Sequence record: NC_052660.1 | Length of the DNA stretch: 64,000 nt | Reading direction: 5' to 3' (one strand) | Origin: Escherichia phage tuntematon | Shown: in pieces, positions 1 to 8,723 of the stretch | Position numbering within the stretch: position 1 is the stretch's first letter | Layout of the letters: the number at the start of each line of letters is the position of its first letter | Translations under genes and position numbers: made by a program | The notes under the pieces: generated by a model | Told to the model about the DNA's origin: nothing | Databases searched by the model: none | Seen by the model: the letters and a program-made list of their open reading frames with translations, nothing else

Positions 1-90
1 CCCTGCCGCGAAAAGAACAACATCCCAAAGCCATGCCGCGAAAAGAACAACCACCCAAAGCCATGCCGCGAAAAGAACAACAATAACAAT
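1..90. repeat. 30-bp tandem direct repeat, 3 copies, array cut by window start
   Basis: ccatgccgcgaaaagaacaacNNcccaaag at 1-30, 31-60, 61-90; + frame 1 stays open to TGA 139-141 (PCREKNNxPK repeats), so could be a CDS 3' end. Confidence 0.8.
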
Positions 91-107
91 TACCAAGAAA
101 CTAAACA

Positions 108-422
108 CTATTGGCATTGCACATCCTCCTGTGTAGCATGATCTTTTACCCATTTTATACGGGCAGCATTCAAATGTAGCAGCCCGTTTCTTTGTGCAAA
201 ATCATATTTAAACCAGTCTCCGTCATCAAACGGGTATTCTTCAGACAATCCTGCCTCACGAAATTGCATTTGCATTTCATAATTTAGATCATCGTAACCA
301 CCAGTCCAAAGGTAGAGGCAACTACATAATCCTTTATCATGCCAGAAAGGATTATTATCTGGAGCACCAGCTAACAGCCAGTTATGATATGCCTGATAAA
401 ATTCTTTAAGTTCTTCTGACAT
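108..422 (-). CDS. hypothetical protein (paralog of 3914..4291)
   Basis: ORF-track ORF in tightly packed leftward operon; shares FxxAGLSxxxPFxD...GxLxWVKD pattern with 3914..4291. Confidence 0.6.
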   Translation of the reverse strand: MSEELKEFYQAYHNWLLAGAPDNNPFWHDKGLCSCLYLWTGGYDDLNYEMQMQFREAGLSEEYPFDDGDWFKYDFAQRNGLLHLNAARIKWVKDHATQEDVQCQ

Positions 423-620
423 TTAACCTCCTGTGTACAGTGTTGAAAGATACGCAGCAAAAGCATTCTCCGCTGTTTTCACCTCCTCTTCAAGATCTTC
501 ACGCTCTGCTGGCGTTAATGCATTCCGCACAGCAGCGTCTGCTTCTCGGATTTTTCTTACTAAACGTGAAACATCTTTCAGTTGTTGAAAAGTAGCCATA
601 GTCTTTCTCCTTTTAGTCAA
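423..620 (-). CDS. hypothetical protein
   Basis: ORF abutting neighbours in same operon; RBS upstream. Confidence 0.55.
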   Translation of the reverse strand: MTKRRKTMATFQQLKDVSRLVRKIREADAAVRNALTPAEREDLEEEVKTAENAFAAYLSTLYTGG

Positions 621-864
621 ACCAGTTGTATTCAGAAGGGTAACGAGCGTAGTTTGGCTTGTACCCCAGCCTTTTCATCTTAACAGACATACGAGTGAAG
701 CCAAAAGTTGTTTTGCCCTTAGACATAAACTTCTTCCCACTCTTCATTGGCTTCTTAGGGTCTTTGATCGTCTGGTGTAACGCTCGCGCAAGCCACAAAG
801 TGTATGCGCTAGGCACTTGATTAACTTTCATCTTGTTACCTTTCATCATTTCACCTCGGACCAA
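613..864 (-). CDS. hypothetical basic protein
   Basis: ORF with 8-nt overlap to upstream gene; Lys/Arg-rich. Confidence 0.5.
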   Translation of the reverse strand: MVRGEMMKGNKMKVNQVPSAYTLWLARALHQTIKDPKKPMKSGKKFMSKGKTTFGFTRMSVKMKRLGYKPNYARYPSEYNWFD

Positions 865-1145
865 TCAATAGTGATCCACTCATATGCCCCGTTCAGATCC
901 ATTTCTTTATAAACAATAAGCCCACGCTCACGAAGAATTGCTACTGCTTCATCCATCCACTTCACCTGATTGTAGATCTGCTCTGGGTGGGTGGGAGAAT
1001 TATTCAGACCAAAATCAGATGGCGTGAAATTTCTTGAAGAGTTTCCCGCTCGTGCTTCAGCAAAACATGTCTCGATCACTTCTTCAACAGGGAAGTTGAA
1101 GGAAGCTTCTTTTGCAATACGGCGTAACTGTTCGGTCAGATTCAT
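846..1145 (-). CDS. hypothetical protein
   Basis: ORF in operon; no motif recognised. Confidence 0.55.
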   Translation of the reverse strand: MNLTEQLRRIAKEASFNFPVEEVIETCFAEARAGNSSRNFTPSDFGLNNSPTHPEQIYNQVKWMDEAVAILRERGLIVYKEMDLNGAYEWITIDWSEVK

Positions 1146-1172
1146 CTTATTCTCCTTTCGTTGTGCGAAACA

Positions 1173-1610
1173 TTATAGTAGATCTAATGCTTTCAATTCT
1201 TCTTTCAATGATTCAGGCAGGTCACATTCAACGTCAATCAGAGATAACAAGTGACCAACAATGCCTTCCAGATGTTGATACTCACTATAACTTATAAATT
1301 CAGAATTGTAAACAGAAACATCCTTAGTTTCTTTCACAACTTCCTCCGCAGACACGCACATAAAAAAGTTACGCTCTCCGCGAGCTAACAATATCCCCCA
1401 ACTTCTGAACGGATACTGTCCAGCTTCAATAATATCCCCGCTGTCCAATAAAGTCAATGAGCAAACAGAGCCTGATTCACTAACATCTTCGACGCGGAAA
1501 CAAGACCCTTCAATCAAAGCTGCCATTTTGAAATTTTCATCAGAGATCATAGAGAAAGCTTCACGGGCAGCTTTAGTTTTGAAACAGTAAACAGCATTAA
1601 CTTTAAACAT
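1173..1610 (-). CDS. hypothetical protein, MFK-family paralog 1
   Basis: Starts MFKVNAVY; similar N-terminus and length to 1623..2081 and 2087..2542. Confidence 0.6.
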   Translation of the reverse strand: MFKVNAVYCFKTKAAREAFSMISDENFKMAALIEGSCFRVEDVSESGSVCSLTLLDSGDIIEAGQYPFRSWGILLARGERNFFMCVSAEEVVKETKDVSVYNSEFISYSEYQHLEGIVGHLLSLIDVECDLPESLKEELKALDLL

Positions 1611-1622
1611 AACATTCCCCTC

Positions 1623-2081
1623 TTAAACAAAAGGTACGCCGATGGTAGCAACAACCAAACGTTTATAAACTTCAACCTCTTCTGTAGGATTAGCCATTTT
1701 ATGCTCTGCTGCTTCTTTCAAAGCTTCTTCATAACTTTCAAATCCAGAAATACAGGTGTCATCAGTCATTACAACATACCACTCTTCTTTTGTTGTATCA
1801 ACAGGTTCTTCTTGGGGTTTTCCACGACCACCACGAACACCACCGTCAACAAAATAATCTATATGAGCAGAATTGATTATGTAACGATCCCCATCACCAG
1901 CAGTGATAATACCGTCTCTCATACCTATTACAACCATTGACAAGATATTACCATTTGCATCAGTGCTCAACACCTCGAAAAAATTCTCTCCAATGATAGT
2001 AGCAATACTGTTATCAAAGGTAGAATATAGTCGCATATAATCTTCATCCTGGAAACGGTAGACATGACCTTCTTTGAACAT
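1623..2081 (-). CDS. hypothetical protein, MFK-family paralog 2
   Basis: Starts MFKEGHVY; C-terminal half aligns with 2087..2542 (WYVVMTDD.../WHVVIVGS...). Confidence 0.6.
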   Translation of the reverse strand: MFKEGHVYRFQDEDYMRLYSTFDNSIATIIGENFFEVLSTDANGNILSMVVIGMRDGIITAGDGDRYIINSAHIDYFVDGGVRGGRGKPQEEPVDTTKEEWYVVMTDDTCISGFESYEEALKEAAEHKMANPTEEVEVYKRLVVATIGVPFV

Positions 2082-2086
2082 TGGTT

Positions 2087-2542
2087 TTACTCCTTATCAA
2101 TAGTGATTGTGGCGTTTGCTACTGCAACACGAGCGTAAATCTCAACCGTCTTCGACGGATAATCCTTCTTAGCTTTTGTAGCGACTTCAGAAGCTTTTTC
2201 AAAACTAGAACAAACATCTACACACTCTGATCCTACGATCACAACATGCCATTGTGGTCCTGCTTTACCCATTGTTTCCTCCTTTACTTCTTCAAAATAT
2301 TTAAATTCTTCGTTATCAATCAAATAAGTATACGAATTAAATCCTGCGGTAACACCTGCTGTATAGAGGGTACCATTGATATAAAACTCAAGAACATGAC
2401 CATACTTATCATCTGTATTCATAACTTTGAAAACTTCGTTTCCAATCACTTGGCAAACAGCAATATTTGCTTTGTCATGTGTTGCCATATCTCCTTGGTC
2501 AGCAACGCTTTTGAATTTATAAGTAAGCCCTACTTTAAACAT
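2087..2542 (-). CDS. hypothetical protein, MFK-family paralog 3
   Basis: Start moved to internal ATG (MFKVGLTYKF) 27 codons into ORF-track ORF 2087..2623; ATGTTTAAA overlap with stop of upstream gene. Confidence 0.55.
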   Translation of the reverse strand: MFKVGLTYKFKSVADQGDMATHDKANIAVCQVIGNEVFKVMNTDDKYGHVLEFYINGTLYTAGVTAGFNSYTYLIDNEEFKYFEEVKEETMGKAGPQWHVVIVGSECVDVCSSFEKASEVATKAKKDYPSKTVEIYARVAVANATITIDKE

Positions 2543-2729
2543 GATGTGTTCCTTCTTGTTCAAGAGTAAAAGGAATGATTTCACCGTAGCTGTATCGCAT
2601 AGCATCAACTTCTGCTTCTGCACGTTGTGCTAATTCCAGTGTTGCACAGATTTTATATGGAGTTGTTGTGCACTGACTCCAACCTGGGGTGTTCTTAGTC
2701 ACTAAATATACAGTAGTTCCTTTATTCAT
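2535..2729 (-). CDS. hypothetical protein
   Basis: ORF in operon, stop overlaps next start. Confidence 0.45.
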   Translation of the reverse strand: MNKGTTVYLVTKNTPGWSQCTTTPYKICATLELAQRAEAEVDAMRYSYGEIIPFTLEQEGTHHV

Positions 2730-3183
2730 AACTTTCTCCTCCTAGTTCATCATACCATTTCAAAGCGTCTTTTGGAAGCATACCAAAATCTTCTTTTAGT
2801 TCTTTTTCAATCTCTTCTTTCAGTTCATTCAACACTTGTAGTTGGCGTATTTTCTTCCGTAACAAAGCTTCCTGCTCACTGTTGTTTGGCGTTACTTCGT
2901 TTGCTGTTACCATTACATATCCTGTCGGAGAGCAAGGAAGATAATCATCAATATTTTCTAAAGCATAACGATAATTGGAGTCCAGGAAGTTTACATGCAC
3001 TCGATCACATCCAAACAACGTGGCACGAAATACTTCATAACGAGTTTCAGATAAGATATGTTGCACACAGACAATACCTACATCGTTTTGCACTGCACAG
3101 GTTACATTCAACAAACTTGAGTGTTCTTTGACATAATCTACAACACATTGCACATGCGCTTCTAGTATAGATAGTTGTCTCAT
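2722..3183 (-). CDS. hypothetical protein
   Basis: ORF in operon; C-terminal coiled-coil-like KEEIEKELKE. Confidence 0.55.
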   Translation of the reverse strand: MRQLSILEAHVQCVVDYVKEHSSLLNVTCAVQNDVGIVCVQHILSETRYEVFRATLFGCDRVHVNFLDSNYRYALENIDDYLPCSPTGYVMVTANEVTPNNSEQEALLRKKIRQLQVLNELKEEIEKELKEDFGMLPKDALKWYDELGGESYE

Positions 3184-3419
3184 TTTCTACCTCCCCATAA
3201 TGCTAACATTTTATTGAAAATGGAAACGCGTCGTGCGCGAGATGCCATATCATAATTCATTCTTTCCGTCTCTGCAAGAAATTGATCTACTGTAATCAAC
3301 GCTTTTGTCTTCTCTTTCAGAGTTTGCATATTCATCCATTCACATTCAGAATACCAATTATCGAAATACAAACTATCAAGAAGATCCATTGCTGCTTCAT
3401 TCTGTTGTGGTGTGATCAT
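3180..3419 (-). CDS. hypothetical protein
   Basis: ORF, ATGA-type overlap with neighbour. Confidence 0.5.
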   Translation of the reverse strand: MITPQQNEAAMDLLDSLYFDNWYSECEWMNMQTLKEKTKALITVDQFLAETERMNYDMASRARRVSIFNKMLALWGGRK

Positions 3420-3431
3420 TGCACACAGCCC

Positions 3432-3662
3432 TTAATAAACAATTTCATATTCATGAGGAAAGAAAACATAATCTTCCCCTTCTCGTGCATCTATCTCGTC
3501 CCAAAACCATTCCTGCACTTCCATCATCTTCGAGAATCGCACATGAGCAAGCCCACTGTATTCCACCGTGGCTTCCAACACAAGTGGAAATTTTGCATGT
3601 GCTAATCCTTTATAACCACCATCATTCTCAATACGAATTTTCATGCGTTTCATGTTATGCAT
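3432..3662 (-). CDS. hypothetical protein
   Basis: ORF in operon. Confidence 0.5.
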   Translation of the reverse strand: MHNMKRMKIRIENDGGYKGLAHAKFPLVLEATVEYSGLAHVRFSKMMEVQEWFWDEIDAREGEDYVFFPHEYEIVY

Positions 3663-3864
3663 CCTTCAGACCCTTAATAAAGTAACGACTAACCGGATTC
3701 CCTCGGAAGTATTCGTTAATGAAATCGATAACACACGTTTCACTGCCTGTCACAACGGACGGCTTAAAGTTTTGGAATTCTACAGCTACACGGCTGGCTT
3801 TAGCCAGTGCTTGCACACGTGTAGGATCAGTCAAGAACATTGTGACAGTTTTCAAATTCTTCAT
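3655..3864 (-). CDS. hypothetical protein
   Basis: ORF in operon. Confidence 0.5.
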   Translation of the reverse strand: MKNLKTVTMFLTDPTRVQALAKASRVAVEFQNFKPSVVTGSETCVIDFINEYFRGNPVSRYFIKGLKDA

Positions 3865-3913
3865 TTCATCTCCTCATTAGCTATCTGTTATGTCATCCAC
3901 TATACAGACATTT

Positions 3914-4291
3914 TTATTCAATGCAAGCATTATTTGCATCTTCGATTCTGTCTTTCACCCACTGCAATCTCCCTGGGTTGGTATGACAAGAATGTTTCTT
4001 ACCTTCATCTTCATAACGCAGAAGATCATCATTAAAGGGCAGGAAGGATGATAGCCCAGCACACGTGAATTGCAATTTCATCTCTTCCAGCGTTTTGCTA
4101 CGAACCATTTTGAAATGTTCTATATCTTCTTGCGTAGGCTTTTTCTTTAACATAGTGGTTGCGAGATAATCCATAAGGCAAATACACAAACCAACATTCT
4201 CACGATGCATTGAGGAATGATCTTCCATCCATGCTTTATAGAAGCGAATCAATTCTGCACTGCTCAACGGAACATTTTTACTCTTTTGCAT
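3914..4291 (-). CDS. hypothetical protein (paralog of 108..422), first gene of leftward operon
   Basis: RBS GAGGAGA before ATG at 4291; paralogous to 108..422. Confidence 0.6.
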   Translation of the reverse strand: MQKSKNVPLSSAELIRFYKAWMEDHSSMHRENVGLCICLMDYLATTMLKKKPTQEDIEHFKMVRSKTLEEMKLQFTCAGLSSFLPFNDDLLRYEDEGKKHSCHTNPGRLQWVKDRIEDANNACIE

Positions 4292-4898
4292 GACAATCTC
4301 CTCTCATCGTTAGCCATCTTTCATGGCAATCATCAATCACCAACATCATACGATCAATCTTAGGGAATTACAATCGAATTATCATAGGGGATTCCTATCA
4401 ATTATCCCATATATACCGATTATTTTTGACACCCCACTCTTGTATAAAAAGTAACCCAAAATATCTACGGGGAGAGATTATTTCGACACACCCTGTTTCA
4501 TGGCAATCATGGCAAGAATATCTAATAGAATCAATATCATATGGCAAAAATCATGGCGCATACGTAAGAAGTGCTTAACGCGAATTTTCGGGCCGTCAGG
4601 TCCACGCAGCGACAATTCCCAAATATCATGCGAATGAGAATAATTATCATTCGTATTCAATGACTTATGCAAGGCTTATGCCAACATAGCGACAAGGTGG
4701 GCCACTTGATTATAAATCACACAAACACTTATTTATCAATAGGTTGGCAACTTCATCATATGACGGAACATTGTCAACTAATCCCGCTCATGACAGACGG
4801 ACTATTATTCATATGAGAATGATTATTATTTAAACGTTTATTAACATAAAAACTAAAATAAATCAAGAATTTTCTGATTTTATTTACGTTTAAGAGAA

Positions 4899-5016
4899 GA
4901 TGCTCAACATATCGCTACGCGATAGTATTCGCCCCCGTGATATTTGCTCTTCTCTTAGTGCTCAACATTCCCGCCTGTGGCGGTAACATTTCGCCCCCAA
5001 AATTATTGCTTTTTAT
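4899..5016. repeat. 58-bp tandem direct repeat (2 copies) with internal palindromes
   Basis: tgctcaacat at 4901 and 4959; palindromes tatcgctacgcgata (4910-4924) and ccgcctgtggcgg (4971-4983); ttcgccccc at 4928 and 4990. Confidence 0.7.
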
Positions 5017-5379
5017 TCTATTATGTGCATAGTGTGCAATGTATCGGAATGATGATAATCATCCTCCCATTGCCCCCATAATTATTGCCATGCTAATGAT
5101 TTCATCTTGTAATTACCACAATGATTATTGTTATTGCGCTAATGTTATGATCTTGGTAATTACATATAATGCTAATAATAAGCCAGCGCAATAAGTGTAA
5201 GCGTCATTACGCTTGCAATTATTGCAAGCTACGCAGTAACAAGAAATAACCATCACCGATGGTTATGATTGTTGGGGTGTAGTTGGCTTATTATTAGCTC
5301 GCTATGTGTCCGGCATAGCGTGCTAATGATGATCCTGTGAATGATTCGTTTTGTAATGATTTCATTCAGGCACTATTTT

Positions 5380-5575
5380 GCTAATAGTTGTTATTTTAAT
5401 GGTTTCGTTTGTTATTGTTCGTTAGTTGGTTGTTTTGTCGTGTTATCGTTATCTTGCTTAGTATTCATCATGGTTTGATTGTTTGTCGTTATCAATCATC
5501 TTGCTATTATTCCTTTGATTATGATTAGTTTGCTTATTGTTTTAGGTTGTTGGTTAGTTAGTTGTTGCGAACTAT
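5380..5575. other. strongly strand-skewed GT-rich tract (CA-rich on minus strand)
   Basis: About 200 bp almost devoid of A and C on + strand, with short repeats gttattgtt, cgttatc, ttgctta; no ORF. Confidence 0.7.
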
Positions 5576-5664
5576 TATCAACATTATAGTTATGCACTTA
5601 TATTGCATAGATAAACATGGATAGATGATAATGGTTATCATTGCACTAGAAAGGAGGTAAAAGG

Positions 5665-5763
5665 GTGTTTTTGATGGTTTGTTGTTGGTTGTTGATCGAT
5701 TTTAACCGCTCTAAATGGCTCTCTAACAGCCTGTTACCCTGGGAGGTATGGTTATTCGTTTAA
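5665..5763 (+). CDS. candidate 32-aa Trp-rich small peptide
   Basis: Near-perfect SD AAGGAGGT 5651-5658, GTG 5665 (ATG 5674 in frame), stop 5761-5763; not in ORF track (under 60 aa). Confidence 0.3.
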   Translation: MFLMVCCWLLIDFNRSKWLSNSLLPWEVWLFV

Positions 5764-5847
5764 TGGTTGATTAGCTCGATACCGCGATCTATTCAGTTTT
5801 GTTCTGTGTCGGTTTTTCATAGGCGGAATCTATCAACATTATTCAGG

Positions 5848-5876
5848 CAAAAAGAAAGGGCGCTTAGTGCGCCCCT
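5848..5876 (-). terminator. intrinsic terminator after gene 5891..6310
   Basis: Hairpin gggcgc-ttagt-gcgccc 5858-5874 followed on minus strand by TTTCTTTTT. Confidence 0.7.
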
Positions 5877-5890
5877 TGTTTTGTTGTCAA

Positions 5891-6310
5891 TTATAACGCT
5901 TCATAGATTGAGTAGATCCGGTTCGCCAGGTCATTACGAAAGCGGAATTTTTCATCACGTTTAATCATCAGATCCTTAAAACCGCATTCTTTCAAGGCTT
6001 CATTAACTTTATGGCGGCAAACGTTCATATTATCTTGCGCGTCACCAATAAACTTATTACTGTGATGCATTGCTTTGATCTCTTCCTCTAATACCAGGGC
6101 AACTACACGGATCGGATCAAGCTGATATGCGGTAACATCCATGCGGCATTGTAAACGGCTTTTAACATCGTTTACCGGATATACTGCAACCTCTTCCCCG
6201 TCAACGTTCACGATAACCAATTTACCATCGATTTCGAAGCCTTTGGCGGCGCTACCGTGACAAAAAGCGTTATCGAAGGAGTAAGCTGGATTATTTGATT
6301 TAATGTTCAT
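5891..6310 (-). CDS. hypothetical early protein
   Basis: ORF with RBS AAAGGA; promoter 6356-6384 upstream. Confidence 0.6.
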   Translation of the reverse strand: MNIKSNNPAYSFDNAFCHGSAAKGFEIDGKLVIVNVDGEEVAVYPVNDVKSRLQCRMDVTAYQLDPIRVVALVLEEEIKAMHHSNKFIGDAQDNMNVCRHKVNEALKECGFKDLMIKRDEKFRFRNDLANRIYSIYEAL

Positions 6311-6355
6311 GGTGTTGTCCTTTGTTTCGTTTCGTTGTTTGCTGCCAGTGAGTTA

Positions 6356-6384
6356 AATATAATATAACGCCGATCCCCTGTCAA
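6356..6384 (-). promoter_or_regulatory. sigma70-like early promoter (no leader hairpin)
   Basis: -35 TTGACA (rc 6379-6384) inside inverted repeat atcccct/aggggat, 17-nt spacer, -10 TATATT (rc 6356-6361). Confidence 0.55.
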
Positions 6385-6422
6385 TAGGGGATAGCGCATT
6401 ATTTACATTTCTTTACGTTAAA

Positions 6423-6439
6423 GGGCGCTTGGTGCGCCC
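6423..6439 (-). terminator. terminator-like hairpin after gene 6451..6819
   Basis: gggcgc-ttggt-gcgccc, same hairpin family as 5858 and 12054; weak T-run. Confidence 0.45.
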
Positions 6440-6450
6440 CTTGTATAATC

Positions 6451-6819
6451 TTACTTTGTGCGGTTGTGAACGTTATCGCGTTCAACCATCAGGGCAAGGC
6501 GGATCAGTTGATCAGTTGTATCGCGTAAATTGTCGGGCCATGTTTTACTGTTCCAGCTATCCATGTTTGATTGTATATAGGTTTCAATGGCTTGATCCAT
6601 ATTATCAAACAAGTTTTCCTCCAGGCTCTCGGCTGTTTCACACTGGAAAGCATTAGCGACACTATTAATCAATAAGCAAGCCAGTAAATCAGCATTACGC
6701 CAATTTTTACGGATAGTTTCATCTGTCAGATAACCAACGAGATTAACCTTTGCGCCAGTGGTTGACGTTGCGATCACTTCTTGCGCTTTTTCAAGTGCTT
6801 TAATTGCTGATTTGCTCAT
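6451..6819 (-). CDS. hypothetical early protein
   Basis: ORF-track ORF; RBS AGAGGAAAATAAA. Confidence 0.6.
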   Translation of the reverse strand: MSKSAIKALEKAQEVIATSTTGAKVNLVGYLTDETIRKNWRNADLLACLLINSVANAFQCETAESLEENLFDNMDQAIETYIQSNMDSWNSKTWPDNLRDTTDQLIRLALMVERDNVHNRTK

Positions 6820-6840
6820 TTTATTTTCCTCTTTGTGGGC

Positions 6841-6896
6841 TTGCTGTATTGCTCGCCCTACGCAATAACTATAAGTTAACAGGAGCTATAAAGCAA
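6841..6896 (-). promoter_or_regulatory. PeSL-like promoter + imperfect leader hairpin
   Basis: -35 TTGCTT (rc 6891-6896), -10 TATAGT (rc 6868-6873), conserved cgtaggg then GC-rich segment 6841-6862. Confidence 0.5.
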
Positions 6897-6897
6897 G

Positions 6898-7131
6898 TTA
6901 TTTTTTATAAAATTTTTCTGCTGTGATATTCTTCCCAGTAGGCTTAACCACTTGCAAGATCTTATCATGTGCCGAACGTCCAAAAGAGTAAGATCCGTAC
7001 ACGGTAAACCAATAATCCCCGTTCGGTTGAACGGTTACGGCGGCGTACGGTGTACCTCTTTCATTATCCCCGATAAAGTGAGAAACATTACCGTTAACAT
7101 TTGGTTTAGTGCTTTTAATTTGTTCGATCAT
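6898..7131 (-). CDS. hypothetical early protein
   Basis: ORF; RBS TAGGAG. Confidence 0.55.
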   Translation of the reverse strand: MIEQIKSTKPNVNGNVSHFIGDNERGTPYAAVTVQPNGDYWFTVYGSYSFGRSAHDKILQVVKPTGKNITAEKFYKK

Positions 7132-7149
7132 GATATGACTCCTAAATCA

Positions 7150-7208
7150 GGCGGGAAACATTCCCGCCCTACGTGATAAATAGTAATGTAAGCGTGATCC
7201 GGTGTCAA
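7150..7208 (-). promoter_or_regulatory. PeSL-like promoter + leader stem-loop
   Basis: -35 TTGACA (rc 7203-7208), -10 TACTAT (rc 7180-7185), hairpin ggcgggaa-aca-ttcccgcc 7150-7168. Confidence 0.6.
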
Positions 7209-7345
7209 TAGGTAGAATTGTAAAGATTTGATAGTTTATTCCTTTGATGTTTTGTTGTTTGATAGGCGTTAGTTATCAATATATAGCGGGGTCTTCCAGT
7301 GATTATCTTCCCCGTTGCCAGTGCCGCCCGTTCAATAAGCATAAC

Positions 7346-7375
7346 AAAAAACAGGACAAAAACAAGCCCTGTTTT
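7346..7375 (-). terminator. terminator-like hairpin after gene 7383..7574
   Basis: acagg...cctgt stem followed by TTTTTTG on minus strand. Confidence 0.4.
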
Positions 7376-7382
7376 GTAAAGA

Positions 7383-7574
7383 TTAGATCTCGTCACCTAT
7401 ATAATCAGATCTGTTCTTCTCTGTCATACGCTTAAACAATTCTTGCATATGGCTTATAGCTTGCAAGGTGTCTTCTTCCAGGCTTGAATCAACATAATCA
7501 GGATCATTCTTCACCTTGCTATGGTTGTGATAGCGCAACGCTGCTAATACCTTTCTAACTTGTTCTGTATTCAT
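7383..7574 (-). CDS. hypothetical early protein
   Basis: ORF-track ORF; RBS AGGAATAA. Confidence 0.5.
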   Translation of the reverse strand: MNTEQVRKVLAALRYHNHSKVKNDPDYVDSSLEEDTLQAISHMQELFKRMTEKNRSDYIGDEI

Positions 7575-7585
7575 TTTATTATTCC

Positions 7586-7720
7586 TTAAAACCAGGTGCC
7601 AACCGTTTCCAATAGGTCACTGACTACCAGGACAACATTGATCAGCACATATTCAACCATGAAAGGGATAAGCGCCAGTGTCGCTACTATGATCCCCATT
7701 GTGATGATTACCTTTCTCAT
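7586..7720 (-). CDS. candidate 44-aa small membrane protein
   Basis: Hand-translated MRKVIITMGIIVATLALIPFMVEYVLINVVLVVSDLLETVGTWF; start 2 nt after stop of 7723..8007; not in ORF track. Confidence 0.35.
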   Translation of the reverse strand: MRKVIITMGIIVATLALIPFMVEYVLINVVLVVSDLLETVGTWF

Positions 7721-7722
7721 GG

Positions 7723-8007
7723 TTAGCGGTTTACGTGGGCTTTACCGTTTACGGTCATCGGTATGGCCTCAAGGTCTGGATCTTCCTTAAGGTCGCGCGA
7801 AAGCTCACCGCAGCGGATACCCTCGAATCCGTAGTACTCTGTTGTGCCGTCCTGGAAAGTTTTAGCGGCAAGGCATAGGCGATAATTAACACCGATCCGG
7901 TTTACCGCGTTGATATCGGTTAACGTGATGGATTTAGGCAACTCCTTAGCCATTACAGGCGTGTTAATACCAACAACCAGGGCAACTACTGCGATCATCT
8001 TTTTCAT
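7723..8007 (-). CDS. secreted or periplasmic protein (signal peptide)
   Basis: N-terminus MKKMIAVVALVVGINTPVMA looks like a Sec signal peptide. Confidence 0.6.
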   Translation of the reverse strand: MKKMIAVVALVVGINTPVMAKELPKSITLTDINAVNRIGVNYRLCLAAKTFQDGTTEYYGFEGIRCGELSRDLKEDPDLEAIPMTVNGKAHVNR

Positions 8008-8035
8008 GTGTCTATCCTCTTCCTATTGCGTTTAA

Positions 8036-8051
8036 TAGGGCGTTACCGCCC
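8036..8051 (-). other. intercistronic GC stem-loop (no promoter)
   Basis: agggcg-ttac-cgccct between genes 8062..8298 and 7723..8007; no T-run. Confidence 0.4.
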
Positions 8052-8061
8052 TGCTTAAAGT

Positions 8062-8298
8062 TTATTGATTGATGTTATAATGAAAGTTATTTTCTTCAAT
8101 AGCTTTTAAAATAAAAGCTGTGATCGCTTTCGTGTCTACTTGTTCGAACGTATCAGAATAGCACCAATAATAATCATCCCCTACTTTCGGCGGGTAAACC
8201 TGGACAAGGAGATCGCCACCTGGTTGATCTATAAGCTCAACATGCAAGCCGGATGATTCAGCGGTTTTAACGGCGGTTAATACTGTTGCAATACTCAT
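8062..8298 (-). CDS. hypothetical early protein
   Basis: ORF-track ORF. Confidence 0.55.
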   Translation of the reverse strand: MSIATVLTAVKTAESSGLHVELIDQPGGDLLVQVYPPKVGDDYYWCYSDTFEQVDTKAITAFILKAIEENNFHYNINQ

Positions 8299-8318
8299 AA
8301 TCTTTTCCTTTCTGATGT

Positions 8319-8334
8319 GGGGCGTTGCCGCCCC
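8319..8334 (-). other. intercistronic GC stem-loop (no promoter)
   Basis: ggggcg-ttgc-cgcccc between 8343..8642 and 8062..8298. Confidence 0.4.
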
Positions 8335-8342
8335 TTTGTTGA

Positions 8343-8642
8343 TTAGATCGCTGTTTCCAGTAGTTCGGCTAACGTCTTACCGCCTGATAGTTGGTCTAAC
8401 GTTTGCTCTTCTGGCAAGAAATTAGCTGATATTAATCCGACTTGATTCCCTTTGTGCCAATTAGCTTGACGGATGATTCCATCCTTTAAGGATTTTACCG
8501 CCATTGTGCAACCGTCGCCAAATGATTCATTTTTATGATCCATCACTTCATAAGCGCCCAGTTTGCTGCTGTTAGGCACCATTAACGCGAATACATCACC
8601 AACAACCAGTTTTTCTACGGTAACAATAGCGATAGTTTCCAT
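8343..8642 (-). CDS. hypothetical early protein
   Basis: ORF-track ORF; RBS GAGGAAAAC. Confidence 0.6.
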   Translation of the reverse strand: METIAIVTVEKLVVGDVFALMVPNSSKLGAYEVMDHKNESFGDGCTMAVKSLKDGIIRQANWHKGNQVGLISANFLPEEQTLDQLSGGKTLAELLETAI

Positions 8643-8660
8643 TTTGTTTTCCTCATTATC

Positions 8661-8717
8661 GGCGGCACCATTGCCGCCCTACGTGGTAAATAATACCATA
8701 TTGGGGATCGGTGTCAA
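8661..8717 (-). promoter_or_regulatory. PeSL-like promoter + leader stem-loop
   Basis: -35 TTGACA (rc 8712-8717), -10 TATTAT (rc 8690-8695), hairpin ggcggca-ccat-tgccgcc 8661-8678; near-identical copies at 15840 and 17370. Confidence 0.65.
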
Positions 8718-8723
8718 TACTTT

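Noticed and set aside
991-4035. Plus-strand ORF-track entries inside the leftward operon (991..1254, 1112..1297, 1701..1940, 2246..2569, 2772..3131, 3282..3605, 3419..3685, 3643..4035)
   Set aside because: Antisense shadow ORFs overlapping a tightly packed, translationally coupled minus-strand operon; low-complexity translations and no RBS.
4478-4672. 64-aa minus ORF in the control region
   Set aside because: No RBS, isolated in a repeat-rich non-coding region.
7205-7396. 63-aa minus ORF 7205..7396 (and 7244..7435 on the + strand)
   Set aside because: Overlaps the 3' end of gene 7383..7574 out of frame and starts with GTG without RBS; region better explained as terminator plus promoter.
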